Origin: Bacteroidota bacterium
GTDB lineage: Bacteria; Bacteroidota; Bacteroidia; JABEUT01
Reading direction: 5' to 3'
Assembly (NCBI GenBank): GCA_013289165.1
Contig: JABDAL010000004.1
Location: forward strand, 6,935-70,934
DNA: 64,000 nt
The notes under the pieces were generated by a model, which was not told where the DNA came from, searched no databases, and saw only the letters and a list, made by a program, of their open reading frames with translations. Below are positions 9,822 through 20,113 of the stretch, piece after piece (within the stretch, counting starts at the first letter, position 1; the number at the start of each line of letters is the position of its first letter). The position numbers and the translations under genes were made by a program.

Positions 9822-10883
9822 TTACCTCTCCTCGTACTGTTCCTTATAGTATTTCTGGTATTCACCAGTGGTAACGTCATTCAGCCATTTATCATTGGCA
9901 AGGTACCAGTCTACTGTTTTCTCAAGGCCTTGTTCAAACACCAGGGAAGGTTTCCAGCCGAGTTCTTTTTGTATTTTAGAGGAGTCAATAGCGTAGCGTA
10001 AGTCGTGCCCGGCACGGTCTTTTACAAAAGTGATGAGTTTCTTCGATGTTCCTTCAGTACGGTTCAGTTTTTTATCCATTACCTGGCAGAGCAGGCGTAT
10101 GAGTTCAATGTTCTTCCACTCATTATGTCCGCCAATATTATATGTTTCACCCACCTTTCCTTTATGGAAAGCCAAGTCAATGGCAGAGGCATGGTCTTCC
10201 ACATAGAGCCAGTCGCGCACATTTTCACCTTTTCCATAAACAGGTACGGGCTTATTGTTTTTTATATTATGTATAGCAAGCGGAATAAGCTTTTCAGGGA
10301 AATGATTGGGTCCGTAATTATTAGAACAGTTGGAAATCATAACAGGCAAGCCATAGGTATGATAATATGCCATTACAAAATGGTCGGAACTGGCTTTAGA
10401 AGCAGAGTAGGGGCTACGCGGGTCGTAAGAAGTTTCTTCTGTAAAGTAACCTGTAGTTCTTAGCGAACCATATACCTCATCGGTAGAAACATGATAGAAT
10501 AAACAGGTGTCATACTTTCCGTGCCAGTTCTTTTTTGCAGCATTTAACAAGTTAATGGTACCTATTACATTAGTTACTGCAAATTCTGTAGGATTAGATA
10601 TTGATCTGTCTACATGTGATTCAGCAGCCAGGTGGATTACACCATCAAAGGCATACTCCAGGAACAACTTATCTACAAATGCACTATCCACTATATCTCC
10701 TTTTACAAAAGTATAATTTGGTTTTTTCTCAATATCTGTAAGATTTTCCAGGTTGCCTGCATAGGTAAGCTTATCCAGGTTTATAATCCTCGAACCGGGA
10801 TAATTATTTACAAAACGACGTACTACGTGTGAGCCGATAAAACCGGCGCCACCTGTAATAAGTATGGTCTTCAAATCCCGCAT
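9822..10883 (-). CDS. rfbB: dTDP-glucose 4,6-dehydratase
   Basis: 353 aa. GGAGFIGSH, YSASKASSDH, and RmlB-like sequence throughout. Confidence 0.9.
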   Translation of the reverse strand: MRDLKTILITGGAGFIGSHVVRRFVNNYPGSRIINLDKLTYAGNLENLTDIEKKPNYTFVKGDIVDSAFVDKLFLEYAFDGVIHLAAESHVDRSISNPTEFAVTNVIGTINLLNAAKKNWHGKYDTCLFYHVSTDEVYGSLRTTGYFTEETSYDPRSPYSASKASSDHFVMAYYHTYGLPVMISNCSNNYGPNHFPEKLIPLAIHNIKNNKPVPVYGKGENVRDWLYVEDHASAIDLAFHKGKVGETYNIGGHNEWKNIELIRLLCQVMDKKLNRTEGTSKKLITFVKDRAGHDLRYAIDSSKIQKELGWKPSLVFEQGLEKTVDWYLANDKWLNDVTTGEYQKYYKEQYEER

Positions 10884-10886
10884 TTA

Positions 10887-12179
10887 TTATAAGCTCCAAT
10901 AGTTGAGCTTTTTTATCTTATTCACATAAATACCTTTTACATCGGCTATTACACCCTGCGGGGTAAGAATGCTTGCAAAATAATTCTCATCCAAACTCAA
11001 ATATTGCTTGTGATTAACGGCTATAATAACGGCATCGTAGTCATTGGCAAGCTTTTCAGTTAATTCAAACCCGTACTCTTCCTTTAGCTCGTGCGAGTCG
11101 GCAAAGGGGTCAGTTATATGAACAGCAGCCAACGAATAGGATTTGAGTTCTTTTACTACATCTGCAACACGGGAGTTACGAATATCAGTCACATCTTCTT
11201 TAAAGGTTGCACCCATAACCAATATCTTAGCTTTGGATATGTCTTTACCGGTAGCTATAACCTTCTTAACCGTATTTTTCGCCACATAAAACCCCATAGA
11301 GTCATTTACATAACGCCCAGAGTTGATAACATGTGTATGGTATCCCAATGCCTCGGCTTTGTGGATAAGATAATAGGGATCAACGCCAATGCAATGCCCT
11401 CCTACAAGCCCCGGCGAAAATTTCAAGAAATTCCATTTGGTGCCTGCCGCCTCCAATACTTCGTAGGTATTAATTCCAATGCGGCTGAAGATGAGGGAAA
11501 GCTCATTCATCAGGGCAATATTCACGTCCCGCTGAGTATTCTCGATAATCTTTGCTGCTTCGGCTACTTTTATGTTCGATGCTCTATGAACACCGGGCTC
11601 CACAATAATAGAATACGTCTTAGCAATATTATCCAGAGCCTCCGCATCGGAACCGGAAACTATTTTCAATATTTTAGTAATAGTATGTACCTTATCGCCG
11701 GGATTGATACGTTCAGGCGAGTAGCCAATTTTAAAATCAGTTCCCAACTTTAACCCGGAAAATTGTTCCAATACCGGGAGGCAATCCTCTTCTGTACATC
11801 CGGGATAAACAGTAGATTCATATACCACATAATCTCCTTTTTTCAGAACCTTGCCAATACTTTCACTGGCTTTCAATACAGGAGTAAGGTCGGGCTGGTT
11901 TGCCTGGTCAACAGGGGTGGGTACTGCAACAATATGGAAAGATGCTTTTTTAAGCACTTCAAGGGAATCAGTAAATTCAATATCACAACCTTCGAATTCT
12001 TCTGGAGCTAATTCACCGCTGGGGTCAATGCCCTTTTTCATCATTTCTATACGCGCCTTGTTAATATCAAAACCAATTACAGACACTTTTCTTGCAAAAG
12101 CGAGCGCAATGGGTAATCCTACATATCCTAAACCTATCAGGGAGATTTTGGCTTTTTTGTCAATAATTTCCTGGTACAT
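10887..12179 (-). CDS. nucleotide-sugar 6-dehydrogenase (WbpA/TviB-like UDP-N-acetyl-hexosamine dehydrogenase family)
   Basis: 430 aa. N-terminal GLGYVGLP Rossmann motif and catalytic GGHCIGVDP. Confidence 0.85.
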   Translation of the reverse strand: MYQEIIDKKAKISLIGLGYVGLPIALAFARKVSVIGFDINKARIEMMKKGIDPSGELAPEEFEGCDIEFTDSLEVLKKASFHIVAVPTPVDQANQPDLTPVLKASESIGKVLKKGDYVVYESTVYPGCTEEDCLPVLEQFSGLKLGTDFKIGYSPERINPGDKVHTITKILKIVSGSDAEALDNIAKTYSIIVEPGVHRASNIKVAEAAKIIENTQRDVNIALMNELSLIFSRIGINTYEVLEAAGTKWNFLKFSPGLVGGHCIGVDPYYLIHKAEALGYHTHVINSGRYVNDSMGFYVAKNTVKKVIATGKDISKAKILVMGATFKEDVTDIRNSRVADVVKELKSYSLAAVHITDPFADSHELKEEYGFELTEKLANDYDAVIIAVNHKQYLSLDENYFASILTPQGVIADVKGIYVNKIKKLNYWSL

Positions 12180-12185
12180 ATTGTT

Positions 12186-13205
12186 TTATTTTTGTTTTGC
12201 TGCGTAAATTTTCTCTATTATCTCCACCACCTTCATGCCTTCTAAGGCATTAGTAGAAGCAGTAAAGCCATTTTTCAGTGTGTTTACTACATTTTCAATT
12301 ACGTAATGATGATTAGCGGCCGAGCCTTTATAAGCACCATAATCGTTAGCAGGATTGGTAGGTGGCAGTTTAGGCATCTCTACATTTTTTACGTGGCAAT
12401 ACTCTACTACGTCCATATATTGCCCTCCTAACTTTACGGTTCCATTTTCACCCATAATTATCATACTGCTGGCAAAGTTCTGGTCCCAAATAGAGGTGGA
12501 AAAATTAATAGAGCCGATACCTTGCTCTAAAAACTGGAAACTTACGAAACCACTGTCATCAAATTCGGTGTTTTTCGTATGTGTAAAATTACTGAACAGG
12601 CTCTTAATATTATATATATCTCCAAAGAGCCAATACATCATATCAATAAAATGGGAGAACTGGGTAAATAAAACCCCACCGTCTAAAGCAAGTTTGCCTT
12701 TCCAAGTACCTGCCTTATAGTAGCGTTCATCGCGATTCCAGTAGCAATCGAGCTGAACCATGAAAATATTACCCAATGCCTTCGATTCAATTAGTTGTTT
12801 AATCCATTGGGCAGGAGGGGAGTAGCGGTTTTGCATTACACAAAATACCTGTTTATGCATTTGCAGGGCTTTGAAAATAATAGCTTCGCAATCAGATTTT
12901 TTCAATGCCATAGGCTTTTCACAAACCACGTGCTTTTTGGCATTCAGAGCTTTTAGGGAGTGTTCCGCATGAAGTCCATTAGGGGTACATACAGACACTA
13001 TATCTATATCAGGAACCGAGGCAAGCATTTCTTCAGCAGAAGCAAAGTACGGAACTCCTGTATAATTAGCTCCTGTTTTTTCCTGTGGTAATATATCACA
13101 TAATGCAACCAACTCGGTATCCGCATTTCTACTTACCATTTCGGCATGCCTTTTACCAATATGACCACATCCAATTACTCCAAATTTGATCTTACTTCCA
13201 CTCAT
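12186..13205 (-). CDS. Gfo/Idh/MocA-family oxidoreductase (WbpB-like)
   Basis: 339 aa. N-terminal KFGVIGCGHIGKRH and EKP motif (VCEKPMAL). Lies between the dehydrogenase and the hexapeptide acetyltransferase. Confidence 0.8.
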   Translation of the reverse strand: MSGSKIKFGVIGCGHIGKRHAEMVSRNADTELVALCDILPQEKTGANYTGVPYFASAEEMLASVPDIDIVSVCTPNGLHAEHSLKALNAKKHVVCEKPMALKKSDCEAIIFKALQMHKQVFCVMQNRYSPPAQWIKQLIESKALGNIFMVQLDCYWNRDERYYKAGTWKGKLALDGGVLFTQFSHFIDMMYWLFGDIYNIKSLFSNFTHTKNTEFDDSGFVSFQFLEQGIGSINFSTSIWDQNFASSMIIMGENGTVKLGGQYMDVVEYCHVKNVEMPKLPPTNPANDYGAYKGSAANHHYVIENVVNTLKNGFTASTNALEGMKVVEIIEKIYAAKQK

Positions 13206-13211
13206 TAACTT

Positions 13212-13796
13212 CTATTTTATCTTATGAACCTGTCCGTTTTCGAGTTGATATTGTTCCTTGCTTTCAGGGCAAACAGCCATTCCATTTGCATCGAAATTGA
13301 GGCGGTGGCCGTATTCGCTCATCCAGCCAATTTGCTTAGCAGGATTTCCTACTAATAAAGCATAGGGTTTTACGTGTTTGGTAACTACTGAACCTGCGCC
13401 AATAAAAGCATATTCACCGATATCGTGCCCGCAAACTATGGTGGCATTCGCTCCTATGGTTGCTCCTTTATGCACAGTTGTTTTGGAATATTGCCCACGC
13501 CTTACTATAGCACTGCGAGGATTAGTTATATTCGTAAAAACCATTGAGGGGCCCAAGAAGACATCATCTTCGCAAACGACGCCCTCATATAAGGATACAT
13601 TATTTTGAACTTTAACATTATTGCCCAGTATTACTCCTGGCGAAACAAGTACATTCTGCCCCAAATTGCACTTTTTACCTATTACTGAATTGGGCATAAC
13701 ATGGCAAAAGTGCCATATTTTAGAACCTTCTCCAATTTTGCACCCTTCATCAACAATTGCGCTGGGGTGGATATATACATTAGCCTCCAAATCCAT
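13212..13796 (-). CDS. hexapeptide-repeat (left-handed beta-helix) N-acetyltransferase (WbpD-like)
   Basis: 194 aa of imperfect hexapeptide repeats (IGEGSKI, IGKKCNL, LGNNVKV, IGANATI, IGAGSVV). Confidence 0.8.
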   Translation of the reverse strand: MDLEANVYIHPSAIVDEGCKIGEGSKIWHFCHVMPNSVIGKKCNLGQNVLVSPGVILGNNVKVQNNVSLYEGVVCEDDVFLGPSMVFTNITNPRSAIVRRGQYSKTTVHKGATIGANATIVCGHDIGEYAFIGAGSVVTKHVKPYALLVGNPAKQIGWMSEYGHRLNFDANGMAVCPESKEQYQLENGQVHKIK

Positions 13797-13847
13797 ATTC
13801 TATAAAATTAAAATTACCTGACCGAAGAATTTTATTCGAGACGGGCG

Positions 13848-13855
13848 CAAAAGTA
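13848..13855 (-). promoter_or_regulatory. candidate -7 promoter box (TACTTTTG) for the wbpD/B/A-rfbB operon
   Basis: TAnnTTTG match on the minus strand, 51 nt upstream of the ATG at 13796. Confidence 0.35.
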
Positions 13856-13918
13856 ATTAAAAAGGCATTCCCTATAATCTTCTTTTATTAGTATTGTACC
13901 GTATTACGATACAGGTTC

Positions 13919-15031
13919 ATGGTTGATAAAATCCTCCACATTGTTGATTTAGATGTACCGTTTCCTCCTACCTATGGGGCTGCTATAGATATGTACCACA
14001 GGCTTATAAGCCTAAAGAAAGCCGGAGTAAGCATTATACTGCATTGTTTTGAATATGGGAGGGGAGAAGCCTCTATCCTAAACGACTACTGTGAAAAGGT
14101 TTATTACTATCCACGAAAAAGTATCCTGGAATTCCCTTTCAGGGTAGAACCCTATATACTATTCAGCCGGAGAAATAAATTATTGTTTGACAGGCTATTT
14201 GATGATGATTACCCGGTATTGCTTGAAGGAGAGCATACCTGCTCACCATTAATGGATGAACGGTATACCCAAAAACCATTTTATGTAAGAATGCATAATG
14301 TGGAATATGAGTATTATGAGTATTTGGCAAAATCTGCAAAAAATCCTTTTAAAGGGTACTATTATGAGGAAGAGTCGAAGAGACTGAAGAAATTTGAGAA
14401 AAACCTTATACGCGCCCAATGCCTTTTTTCAGTTTCGGAGCGCGACCATGCTACTCTTTTGGCAAGATTTCCGAGGGTAGAATACGTACCGCCCTTTATT
14501 ATTAACGACACTGTTGATTGCCTACCCGGAAGGGGAGAATATGCTTTATATCACGGTAATCTGTCGGTAGATGAAAATAGGGTAGCTGCTGAATTTTTAA
14601 TTAATGAAGTATTCCCGGGATTAAATGTATCGTTGGTAATTGCCGGAACAAAAGCATCTTCATTGGCAAGCATAATAAAAAACCCGAATATTAGATTTGT
14701 AGATTCTCCTACAGCGGCTGAGTTATATGATTTGCTCCGGCATGCACATATTAATGCATTACCAACTTTTCAACCTACCGGAATTAAACATAAACTAATA
14801 AACTCCTTGTTTTCAGGACGGCATTGTGTAGTTAATGAACAAATGGTGGAAGATAACGGATTGGCAACATTTTGCCATGTTGCTAATGATGCAGCCGAAA
14901 TGAAGACTCTAATTACTCAACTATTTGAACAGGACTTTACAGAGGAGGAAATTGAAAAAAGGAAGAATATTCTGCAAAATATTTACTCCAACCAAAAGAA
15001 TGCAGAAAAGTTGATTTCTGTTATTTTTTAG
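13919..15031 (+). CDS. glycosyltransferase (GT-B fold, family 1/4-like)
   Basis: 370 aa. The overall pattern is glycosyltransferase-like and the gene diverges from the sugar-nucleotide operon. I see no strong diagnostic motif by eye. Confidence 0.6.
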   Translation: MVDKILHIVDLDVPFPPTYGAAIDMYHRLISLKKAGVSIILHCFEYGRGEASILNDYCEKVYYYPRKSILEFPFRVEPYILFSRRNKLLFDRLFDDDYPVLLEGEHTCSPLMDERYTQKPFYVRMHNVEYEYYEYLAKSAKNPFKGYYYEEESKRLKKFEKNLIRAQCLFSVSERDHATLLARFPRVEYVPPFIINDTVDCLPGRGEYALYHGNLSVDENRVAAEFLINEVFPGLNVSLVIAGTKASSLASIIKNPNIRFVDSPTAAELYDLLRHAHINALPTFQPTGIKHKLINSLFSGRHCVVNEQMVEDNGLATFCHVANDAAEMKTLITQLFEQDFTEEEIEKRKNILQNIYSNQKNAEKLISVIF

Positions 15032-15063
15032 AAATCTTCATCAAAAAAACATCAAGGAGTTTT

Positions 15064-15071
15064 TATCTTTG
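15064..15071 (+). promoter_or_regulatory. candidate -7 promoter box (TATCTTTG)
   Basis: TAnnTTTG match 25 nt upstream of the ATG at 15097. Confidence 0.4.
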
Positions 15072-15096
15072 TGGTCTAACCAATAAAACTAGAATT

Positions 15097-15615
15097 ATGA
15101 AACTGACTCATTGTTTATCCATTCTTTCTATAGCTGCAATAGTAGCATCATGTAGTAAAACAGGACCAACAGGACCTCAAGGCCCTTCAGGCGTTGCAAA
15201 TATTAATACCATAGATTATACCGTTACAAACTGGTCTGACCCGTCTTCCAATACTACGTGGATAGCTTCCTATTATGATGGAGATATCACTAACAGCGAT
15301 TTAGATGCAGTGGAGGTATATTGGAGCAATGCTGCTTCCGGATGGCTTGCGTTGCCCGTTACAAGCCTTATCAGTACAGGCGATGAGCTGAGTTATGGCT
15401 ATGATAATAATAGTATTACTTTTTCATATTATACCGGTGGAAGTGCAGTGCTTCCTCCAAGTGCTTATAATGGGTACGGTACCATTTATTTTAAGGTTAC
15501 CGTAATACATCCGGCTGTGCAGGTAAAATACCCCAATACAAATTGGAAGAATGCAGCAGAAGTTGCCAATATACCGGAGGTGCATGCTGCATTGACAGGT
15601 ACGGCAATAAAGTAA
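15097..15615 (+). CDS. hypothetical lipoprotein
   Basis: 172 aa. Signal peptide with lipobox IVASC. No family recognised. Confidence 0.55.
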   Translation: MKLTHCLSILSIAAIVASCSKTGPTGPQGPSGVANINTIDYTVTNWSDPSSNTTWIASYYDGDITNSDLDAVEVYWSNAASGWLALPVTSLISTGDELSYGYDNNSITFSYYTGGSAVLPPSAYNGYGTIYFKVTVIHPAVQVKYPNTNWKNAAEVANIPEVHAALTGTAIK

Positions 15616-15632
15616 GCAGAGCAGAGCTTGCA

Positions 15633-15659
15633 GGGAATTGGTAATGAATTCCCCATTTT
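15633..15659 (+). terminator. candidate rho-independent terminator
   Basis: Hairpin GGGAATT-ggtaatg-AATTCCC followed by CATTTT, 18 nt after the stop at 15615. Confidence 0.5.
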
Positions 15660-15727
15660 ACTGACAAAACCACATACTGCATCTATATGATTGCAGATAT
15701 TTCCATACGTTTGTAAAAACTATTGAG

Positions 15728-16618
15728 ATGAAAAAGATTGGGGTTATTGGTTCGGGTACTATGGGGAATGGCATTGCACACGTATTTGCCCAAAATGGGT
15801 ATAAAGTTTCACTTATTGATGTTTCTTCCGATGCGCTTAGCAAGGCTATTAATACTATCTCAAAAAACCTTGACAGGCAAGTTGCTAAAGGCATTTTAAA
15901 GGAGGATGAAAAAGACAGCATCGTAAAAAATATCACTCCATTTACAGATCTTGAGAAAGGAGTAAAAGAATGTGAACTGGTGATTGAAGCTGCAACAGAA
16001 AATCCGGAAATAAAGTTTAAGATATTCTCTGATTTAGATTGCCTTTGTTTGAAAGACGTTATCCTGGCAAGCAACACCTCATCTATTTCAATAACTAAGA
16101 TAGGTTCTCATACCAAACGTTCAGATAAAGTGATTGGTATGCATTTTATGAATCCTGTTCCGGTAATGAAACTTATTGAAATAATAAGGGGATACAATAC
16201 CTCTGACGAGGTAACTGCTACTATTATGGAATTGTCGCGTAAGATTGGGAAAAACCCTGTAGAGGTGAATGATTATCCCGGCTTCGTAGCTAACCGCATT
16301 CTTATGCCTATGATCAATGAGGCTATTTATGCTTTATTTGAGAATGTGGGCGGCGTGGAAGAAATTGATACCGTAATGAAACTTGGGATGGCTCACCCCA
16401 TGGGGCCTTTGCAATTAGCCGATTTTATCGGGCTTGACGTTTGCCTGTATATACTGCGTGTAATGTATGAAGGATTAGGGAATCCGAAGTATGCTCCTTG
16501 TCCGTTGCTGGTTAACATGGTTGCAGCAGGAAATTTGGGCATAAAATCCGGTATTGGGTTTTATGTACATACAGCCGGTAGCAAAGAATTAACAGTTGCA
16601 CCGGGCTTTAAAAAATAA
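15728..16618 (+). CDS. 3-hydroxybutyryl-CoA / 3-hydroxyacyl-CoA dehydrogenase
   Basis: 296 aa. IGVIGSGTMGNGIA Rossmann motif, SNTSS, HFMNPVPVMKLIE. Confidence 0.9.
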   Translation: MKKIGVIGSGTMGNGIAHVFAQNGYKVSLIDVSSDALSKAINTISKNLDRQVAKGILKEDEKDSIVKNITPFTDLEKGVKECELVIEAATENPEIKFKIFSDLDCLCLKDVILASNTSSISITKIGSHTKRSDKVIGMHFMNPVPVMKLIEIIRGYNTSDEVTATIMELSRKIGKNPVEVNDYPGFVANRILMPMINEAIYALFENVGGVEEIDTVMKLGMAHPMGPLQLADFIGLDVCLYILRVMYEGLGNPKYAPCPLLVNMVAAGNLGIKSGIGFYVHTAGSKELTVAPGFKK

Positions 16619-16619
16619 A

Positions 16620-17144
16620 TCAGATTTCTTCTTTTTCTTCGTTTAAAACTTTTTTCCCTTCATTGAGGATAAAGGCAAAGTAGCTTATGTAATACGCTGC
16701 GACTACAAATAACACAAAACCTGTTAATGGGGACCGTAAAAATTCGCTTTGGTTTTCTTGAATATCTTGTTGGGTATAATTGCCCCGGAGCATCTCCTTA
16801 AATACTATTAATCGATATGCGAAACGGACGAGGAATAAAAAAACGATAACAATTTCAACCGTAATATGCGTTTTGTAATACATTTCGCCATCTTTTTTTT
16901 GAAATTCGGCTTGATTAGTGGCTATATATGAAAGCATAAGGCCCGCCACAACACCAATACAATTATAAAATAATGCAGCGTGGTTACTAAGCGCATAGAA
17001 AACGGGATAAATAGCAATTACTGAAAGAAACACCATTCGAAGAATCAGAGTTCTAGTATTATATCTCTGAAATCCTTTGCTGCGCACAATCCGAAAGGAA
17101 ACAAGGAATATGGCTGCGCAAATAATAATTATATTAGTAATCAT
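16620..17144 (-). CDS. hypothetical multi-pass membrane protein
   Basis: 174 aa with about five hydrophobic segments. No family recognised. Confidence 0.55.
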   Translation of the reverse strand: MITNIIIICAAIFLVSFRIVRSKGFQRYNTRTLILRMVFLSVIAIYPVFYALSNHAALFYNCIGVVAGLMLSYIATNQAEFQKKDGEMYYKTHITVEIVIVFLFLVRFAYRLIVFKEMLRGNYTQQDIQENQSEFLRSPLTGFVLFVVAAYYISYFAFILNEGKKVLNEEKEEI

Positions 17145-17276
17145 ATTGGTTGCAAAAGTATATACCAGCTAAATATGCGGTATGATTTTTATCAGAAGAA
17201 AAGCAGATAGAAATCATCCTGTTGTTTTTTTAGATTAATTAAGATTTATAGGGAATCCGGGCTTTCCAATATTTAC

Positions 17277-17284
17277 TATATTTG
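17277..17284 (+). promoter_or_regulatory. candidate -7 promoter box (TATATTTG)
   Basis: TAnnTTTG match 37 nt upstream of the ATG at 17322. Confidence 0.4.
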
Positions 17285-17321
17285 CATAATATTCAGCATA
17301 TAGTTTAAATTGCTTTAGTAG

Positions 17322-20108
17322 ATGAATCTAAAAAAGCCCCTATTTGTATTTTCCTTTTTTACACTTATCTCACTATTCTTTAATAATGAGCAATTATTCT
17401 CTCAGGTTGCTCAAAGAAGAGAAAAAATTGAAGAAACATATGCACATTGGTTCACTGCCATAGATAAGTTTCAGCTGAATGCTGGCATAACGAAGGATGA
17501 ATATAGCTTGTTTAGCCATTTTTCAGAAAAGAGATTAGATTCATTGAGGAGGAGTTTTATGCGTGATGTAGCCAGCGGAAAGGCGACTCCTGCCAATGTG
17601 CAGAATTATGAAGGCACCCTGGTAAGTTCGATAAAAACAATTTATAAGGAATTTAAACAAGCGGAAAAAGATTACCCGTCTTCGGTAGAAGAATTTAGAA
17701 CCCCTCCAAAGCCATTTTTAGCCCAGATATGCAACTCCGGTTGCGATAATATCAATTTTGCTACGGGCGACCTGACCGGATGGTACGCTTATTATGCTGC
17801 TAATGTCTCTAATTTATATACAAATGTCGTAGATATTACAGGCGGATTAGCGGGATCTGTTAAACATGCGGCCAATGATACCTTGACAAGCTATGAGCCC
17901 GGGGATCCCTATTACGATGAGTTCCCAAATCCACGGCCCGATTACCAGGTAAATATTACTTCCGGTAACAGGGGTGATGGGCTGGTACCTTCCATACCAG
18001 TGGTTTCGCCGTTTGGCGGAAGGTATTCTGTTATGTTAGGTGATAGCACCCTGCATAATTATGGTATTGCTATGCTTTCGCAAACATTCAAGGTGAGTGC
18101 GGCTAATGCTAACTTTACTTATCAATACGCTGTTTTTTTAGAAAATCCCACCAACCCGCTTCATACCTATTTCCAACAGCCATTCTTTAAAATAGCCGTG
18201 CTTGACGAGAACCAGGACACTATACGCTTTTGCGGGGAATACTTTGTCGTAGCACAAGGAGGCATACCCGGATTTAAAGGAGTTTTTTATCCACCCAGTG
18301 GAGATAGTGTTTATTATAAAGACTGGACTATTGTTAATGTCCCCCTTACACACTATATAGGACAGTGTGTAACGGTAATTTTTGAAGTAGGTGATTGTGC
18401 TTTAGGAGGACATTTTGGATACGCCTATGTAGATGCCTCCTGCTCACCACTTGAAATTGAAAGCTCATCGCCCAATTTTTGCGGACAGAAAACGATTACC
18501 TTAACAGGCCCGCCGGGAGAAGCACATTATATATGGAGCGGCCCAGCAAAAGGCATTATATCGAGTGATACGTTACGCCAAATTACCGTAGATAGTGTCG
18601 GGAAATATTCCCTGGTAATTATTCCATTTACAGGTGCCACCTGTGCTGATACACTCACTATAAGTATTGGAAAAAAGGTTGGCACGCTACCCCATCCGGA
18701 TTTTAGTGCTGATACTGCATGTATAGGCTCACCCACCATATTTCTAAATACTTCCAAGCCCATAGCGAATTCCAGTTTTTACTGGGATTTTTATAATTCG
18801 GGCATATATAATGACTCGACTGTTAATCCTACATGGACATACAACTCGACCGGTATTTACACGGTAAAACTACATGAACTGACTAATGGCTGCGGGATGG
18901 ATACCACTATAAACGTTAAAGTAGACAGCATTGTCAGCAGTTCATTTATTGCTGATACGGTGTGCTACCAGGATACTACACAATTTGCTAATACCACTTC
19001 AGGAGGAATAACCTATTATTGGAATTTTGGAGACCCTTCTTCCGGGCCTACTAATACTTCTACCCAGGCAACACCCAACCATAGCTTCAGCGCTCCCGGA
19101 ATATATACAGTTTCGCTTATTAGCAAGCATCCCGGGTGGTGCAGTGATACGGTAAAAGGGAGTGTGCTTGTTATGCCGTTGCCTACGGCTTCTATTACAG
19201 GACCCGATAGTATTTGTTATGGAGGCAGTGTAGTGTTGACTGCCCATGGTGGAACCCATTTTAAATGGAATACCGGTGCAGTTACTTCTTCTATTACCGT
19301 TAATCCCGTGCAGAACAGTAGCTATACGGTAACTGTTTCGAATGGAAAATGTGAAGCAGATACTACTTATGAGCTATTTGTTAAGCCTGTAGCAACCGGA
19401 GGCATAAATGGAAAGACATCTGTTTGCTTGAATGATACCGTTTACCTGACTGCGAGCGGAGGTGGAACATACCTTTGGAATACAGGGGCAACAACCAGTT
19501 CTATTAAAGTTCCTGCCACTTCATTTGGTGATACAGCCTATTCTGTAATAATTAACAATGGTAAAAGCTGTTTAACCGTACACGAGCGAGTAAATATAGA
19601 TTCGATAATGGGGTATGCATGTTGTAACGACAACATTTTTGCAGGAGACACCATAGTTATTTCGGGTGGGGAAGGAGCCCATTTTACATGGGAACCACCC
19701 ACAGGCTTAAGCTGCGACACTTGCCCGTATCCTATTGCTGACCCTACAGTTACAACAACCTATACCTTATTAACTATTACAAAATATGGCTGCTTTGCCA
19801 CTTCTCAAATTACCATTGATGTGGTATTGCCCTGCAAAGACTTTTTTGTGCCCAATGTATTTACTCCCAATGGGGATGGCATTAATGATACCTATCTTAT
19901 AAAGACTGAATTCCTGGCTAAATATGAAATTTCCATATATAACCGTTGGGGCAAGGAAGTGTTCTCTTCACAAGACCCCAATGCACCCTGGAACGGAACT
20001 ATTGATAAGTCACCTGCGAGTGCGGGGGTATATTACTATATCATCCGGTCGACCTGCGCCAATGGAAAAACCATTGACAAGCACGGGTTCCTGCAACTTA
20101 TAAGATAA
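17322..20108 (+). CDS. large secreted protein with PKD/Ig-like repeats and a T9SS type B (gliding-motility-associated) C-terminal sorting domain
   Basis: 928 aa with a signal peptide. C-terminus FFVPNVFTPNGDGINDTY..YNRWGKEVF..WNGT..GVYYYII..GFLQLIR. Confidence 0.85.
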   Translation: MNLKKPLFVFSFFTLISLFFNNEQLFSQVAQRREKIEETYAHWFTAIDKFQLNAGITKDEYSLFSHFSEKRLDSLRRSFMRDVASGKATPANVQNYEGTLVSSIKTIYKEFKQAEKDYPSSVEEFRTPPKPFLAQICNSGCDNINFATGDLTGWYAYYAANVSNLYTNVVDITGGLAGSVKHAANDTLTSYEPGDPYYDEFPNPRPDYQVNITSGNRGDGLVPSIPVVSPFGGRYSVMLGDSTLHNYGIAMLSQTFKVSAANANFTYQYAVFLENPTNPLHTYFQQPFFKIAVLDENQDTIRFCGEYFVVAQGGIPGFKGVFYPPSGDSVYYKDWTIVNVPLTHYIGQCVTVIFEVGDCALGGHFGYAYVDASCSPLEIESSSPNFCGQKTITLTGPPGEAHYIWSGPAKGIISSDTLRQITVDSVGKYSLVIIPFTGATCADTLTISIGKKVGTLPHPDFSADTACIGSPTIFLNTSKPIANSSFYWDFYNSGIYNDSTVNPTWTYNSTGIYTVKLHELTNGCGMDTTINVKVDSIVSSSFIADTVCYQDTTQFANTTSGGITYYWNFGDPSSGPTNTSTQATPNHSFSAPGIYTVSLISKHPGWCSDTVKGSVLVMPLPTASITGPDSICYGGSVVLTAHGGTHFKWNTGAVTSSITVNPVQNSSYTVTVSNGKCEADTTYELFVKPVATGGINGKTSVCLNDTVYLTASGGGTYLWNTGATTSSIKVPATSFGDTAYSVIINNGKSCLTVHERVNIDSIMGYACCNDNIFAGDTIVISGGEGAHFTWEPPTGLSCDTCPYPIADPTVTTTYTLLTITKYGCFATSQITIDVVLPCKDFFVPNVFTPNGDGINDTYLIKTEFLAKYEISIYNRWGKEVFSSQDPNAPWNGTIDKSPASAGVYYYIIRSTCANGKTIDKHGFLQLIR

Positions 20109-20113
20109 AAGGC

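Noticed and set aside
11091-11753. 220-aa plus-strand ORF, with similar long antisense ORFs at 46371..46838, 10005..10463, 39271..39684, 15658..16077, 6305..6697, 9132..9560, 35258..35536, 43707..44111 and 48430..48870
   Set aside because: Each lies entirely inside, and antisense or out of frame to, a gene with an unmistakable conserved product (sugar dehydrogenase, guaB, rfbB, phoH, hbd and others). Their compositions are low-complexity shadow translations.
15160-15195. Collagen-like triplets GPTGPQGPSG in the 15097..15615 lipoprotein
   Set aside because: There are only three to four Gly-X-Y triplets. That is too short for a collagen-like domain, and the segment is more likely a flexible linker after the lipobox.
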